Shown here piece after piece: positions 61,754-64,000 of a DNA stretch of 64,000 bases (position 1 is the first letter of the stretch; each line of letters opens with the position of its first letter). The notes under the pieces are model-generated. The model was given only the letters and a program-made list of their open reading frames with translations. It was not told the DNA's origin and did no database searches. Origin of the DNA: Octopus sinensis (Eukaryota); NCBI RefSeq assembly GCF_006345805.1, contig NC_043001.1, forward strand, positions 29,822,001 through 29,886,000, read 5' to 3'. The translations under genes were made by a program, and so were the position numbers.

Positions 61754-63336
61754 CTCTTGAATGTACGTGGCCTGGGCTCGAAGCAGAAGCAGGCTTGTTT
61801 CCTCGATGACCTCAGGACACACAGAATTGATGTTACGGTTGCTACAGAGACCAAGTTGGACAAGCTGCAGGCTTTCTCAACTTTCCTGAATGGCTATGAG
61901 AAAATCATGTCTCCTAGTTGGATAGGGAGAATGGAGGCGTTGTAGTTTTGCTCCGGAAAAACTTGGCCCTGCAGACACGTACGATCTTCGTGGACCCAAG
62001 AGGCGAGTCGATAGTTCTGGATCTAACATTCATAGGTAAGGCCTTCAGGTTGGTTGAGATTTACGCGCCTGGCACGACAGGCAAATGGAATGAGTTCTAT
62101 CAACGCCTTGAGACCTTTCTGGTGACGTCAAAACACTAGTTTTGCTAGGAGACTTTAACGCTATTTTGGATGGACGCCAGGACAGCGTAGGCTCGAACGA
62201 TAGGAAATGTAACTCACACCTCATCGATCTGCTGAAGCGGTCTAGGCTGGCAGATCGATACAGACTTGATAATCCGAGCGTTCTAATGTGAACTAATACC
62301 GATGAATCTTATATAGACAGGATAATAATTAACGCTAGAGATAAGTCTAGTTTTAGCTGTTCACAGTTCACCTGTGTAGTCTACACGGATCACAAATTAG
62401 TGACGTGCAGGATGCATATAGATAAAGTCCATAGACAGGGATCTGGCTATTGGAAGTTGAACAAGTCCCTTTTGGATTACGAAACTTATCGTAGCCAGAT
62501 TAAGATGTTAGTAATGAGGGCACTAACCGGCACCGTGTTAAATAACCGGTGGTGGTGTGCCCTCAAAAGAGCCATTATACTTGAGTCTATTAGATTTAGC
62601 AAGCAGTTAAGTCTAGAATAGACTAGAGTAGAAAGGGATCTAGTTAAGGCGTTAGAAGAGACGCTGAGAATAGGCTCTGCACCCCAAGTTTTGGCGGCGA
62701 GATCGGTCTTGGACCAACACCTCAATGCCAAACACGAAGGATGCAGAGTTCGAGCTAAAGTACGTGCACTGGGTCGCGAGGGTATCAACGTTGCTGGGTG
62801 GGCTCACTCGGTAGAAACCCAACGTGGCATAGATGCTACGATAAGGACTGTGGTAAACGAACATGGACAGAAGATCCAAGGACAGGAAGAGATGTGCAAG
62901 ACCTTTCACTAGCACTTTGCTGCGTTGTTCGGGAGGAGCGGGACGCTGGACCATTGGGATGTCCTACGGGATTTCCTGGCCCGTGGCCTGCGTCTCTCGG
63001 CACATGACGCTGAGCGCTGTGAAGGGCCGATCACAGCTGAGGAAGTCATAGAGGTGCTTTCTGAGTGCCCAGGGGACAAGTCGCCGGGATTGTCTGCTCC
63101 TCTTTCCACAATTGACACATGGATCAAGCGGAGACCTGTTCTCCTGGGGGGAGCAATGCCGGCAGCGAAGCTACTACTGCGGAGTTTTATAGAGGGTTTC
63201 CACTGCTTCGCATTTCCACTTCTCGGTTTAATGTTCGATTTATCATCTCGATTTATTCAAATTTATCACGGTTGTAACCCCAGCCTGTGTAAGACAGTCC
63301 TTGTTTTGTCCCCGCCCCAATTCTGAATAAAGAAAT
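61754..63336 (+). mobile_element. Tx1 derivative: APE endonuclease + linker joined to the 3' end, RT deleted; 15-bp TSD
   Basis: LNVRGL...VATET, LLGDFN, YIDRI, DHKLV and GYWKLNKSLL up to DKSPGL. Then a jump to a 3' end finishing AATAAAGAAAT. TSD TCAGAAGCAAGACAG at 61739-61753 and 63337-63351. Confidence 0.88.
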
Positions 63337-64000
63337 TCAGAAGCAAGACAGTTGCGGCATAACCCACGTCTTTCTATCTCATCTTTTGAAAATCAGTGTA
63401 AACTGTGAAACCCAGGGCGTTTTCAACTTCTATTTCTTCTTTATTTCCACCAAAATATCTGAATCCAGGCTGACTTGGGGTGATCAACAACGACAACAAC
63501 TAGTGCATTTGTAATCAACTGGAGAAAAAGAAATGCCAAGTTATTACATAGACAATCTGGAATTCGAGTCATAAAGCAATGTAACTAAAAGTTGCAACTG
63601 CACTCTCCGCACTCTGTTATTTATTTCTCTCCACTGCCCAAAGTCAAATATTACTTTCTTAGGCGCAAGATGAACAAGTTTGTTGGAGACTTGAAAAGAC
63701 TGATATTTGTGTTTAAATTTCCAAAGTCACTGCCTAAACGATATATGCGCAACATAAATTCAGGTATTTTATTTTATGAGAAAAAATACTTTTGTTAAGA
63801 TATTCCTCCCATTTTATTTTGAATTTATTCATGACTTCTTTTATTCTTTTCTTTTGTTGTTATCAAATTGGAATGAGGTGGAGGTAACTAAATATCTTTC
63901 CTTTAGAAATTCATACGAACGAAAAAGTTGCCAGACCAGATTCTACCAGAGAATTTGAATTTATTTTTAGAAATTATTTGACTTGAAAAGTATGTTCTAT

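Overview
AT-rich, microsatellite-saturated eukaryotic genomic DNA. The tRNA-derived SINE families look like those of Octopus (coleoid cephalopod); this is recognition by eye, not a database result. No prokaryotic operons or CRISPR arrays are present. The one well-supported host coding region is an intact 283-codon NHL/six-bladed beta-propeller ORF (34947-35798, +) with a downstream AATAAA. Nearly everything else is transposon-derived. LINEs: RTE, CR1, Tx1 (L1 superfamily), Hero-like and R4/Dong-like. Also present: Penelope-type remnants with hammerhead-ribozyme motifs, Tc1 and mariner relics, MITEs, and at least five SINE architectures (labelled A, B1, B2, C, D here for convenience). The most coherent system is a Tx1-LINE/SINE-B partnership. 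Three Tx1 elements end in the same ~45-nt 3' tail as SINE B1, and both make 15-18 bp TSDs. Two of the three Tx1 elements sit inside SINE B copies. SINE B forms stereotyped head-to-tail arrays that restart at one fixed internal site. A second SINE/LINE tail match (SINE A with CR1) is also visible. All alignments and translations were done by eye, and element boundaries are approximate unless a TSD or TIR is quoted.
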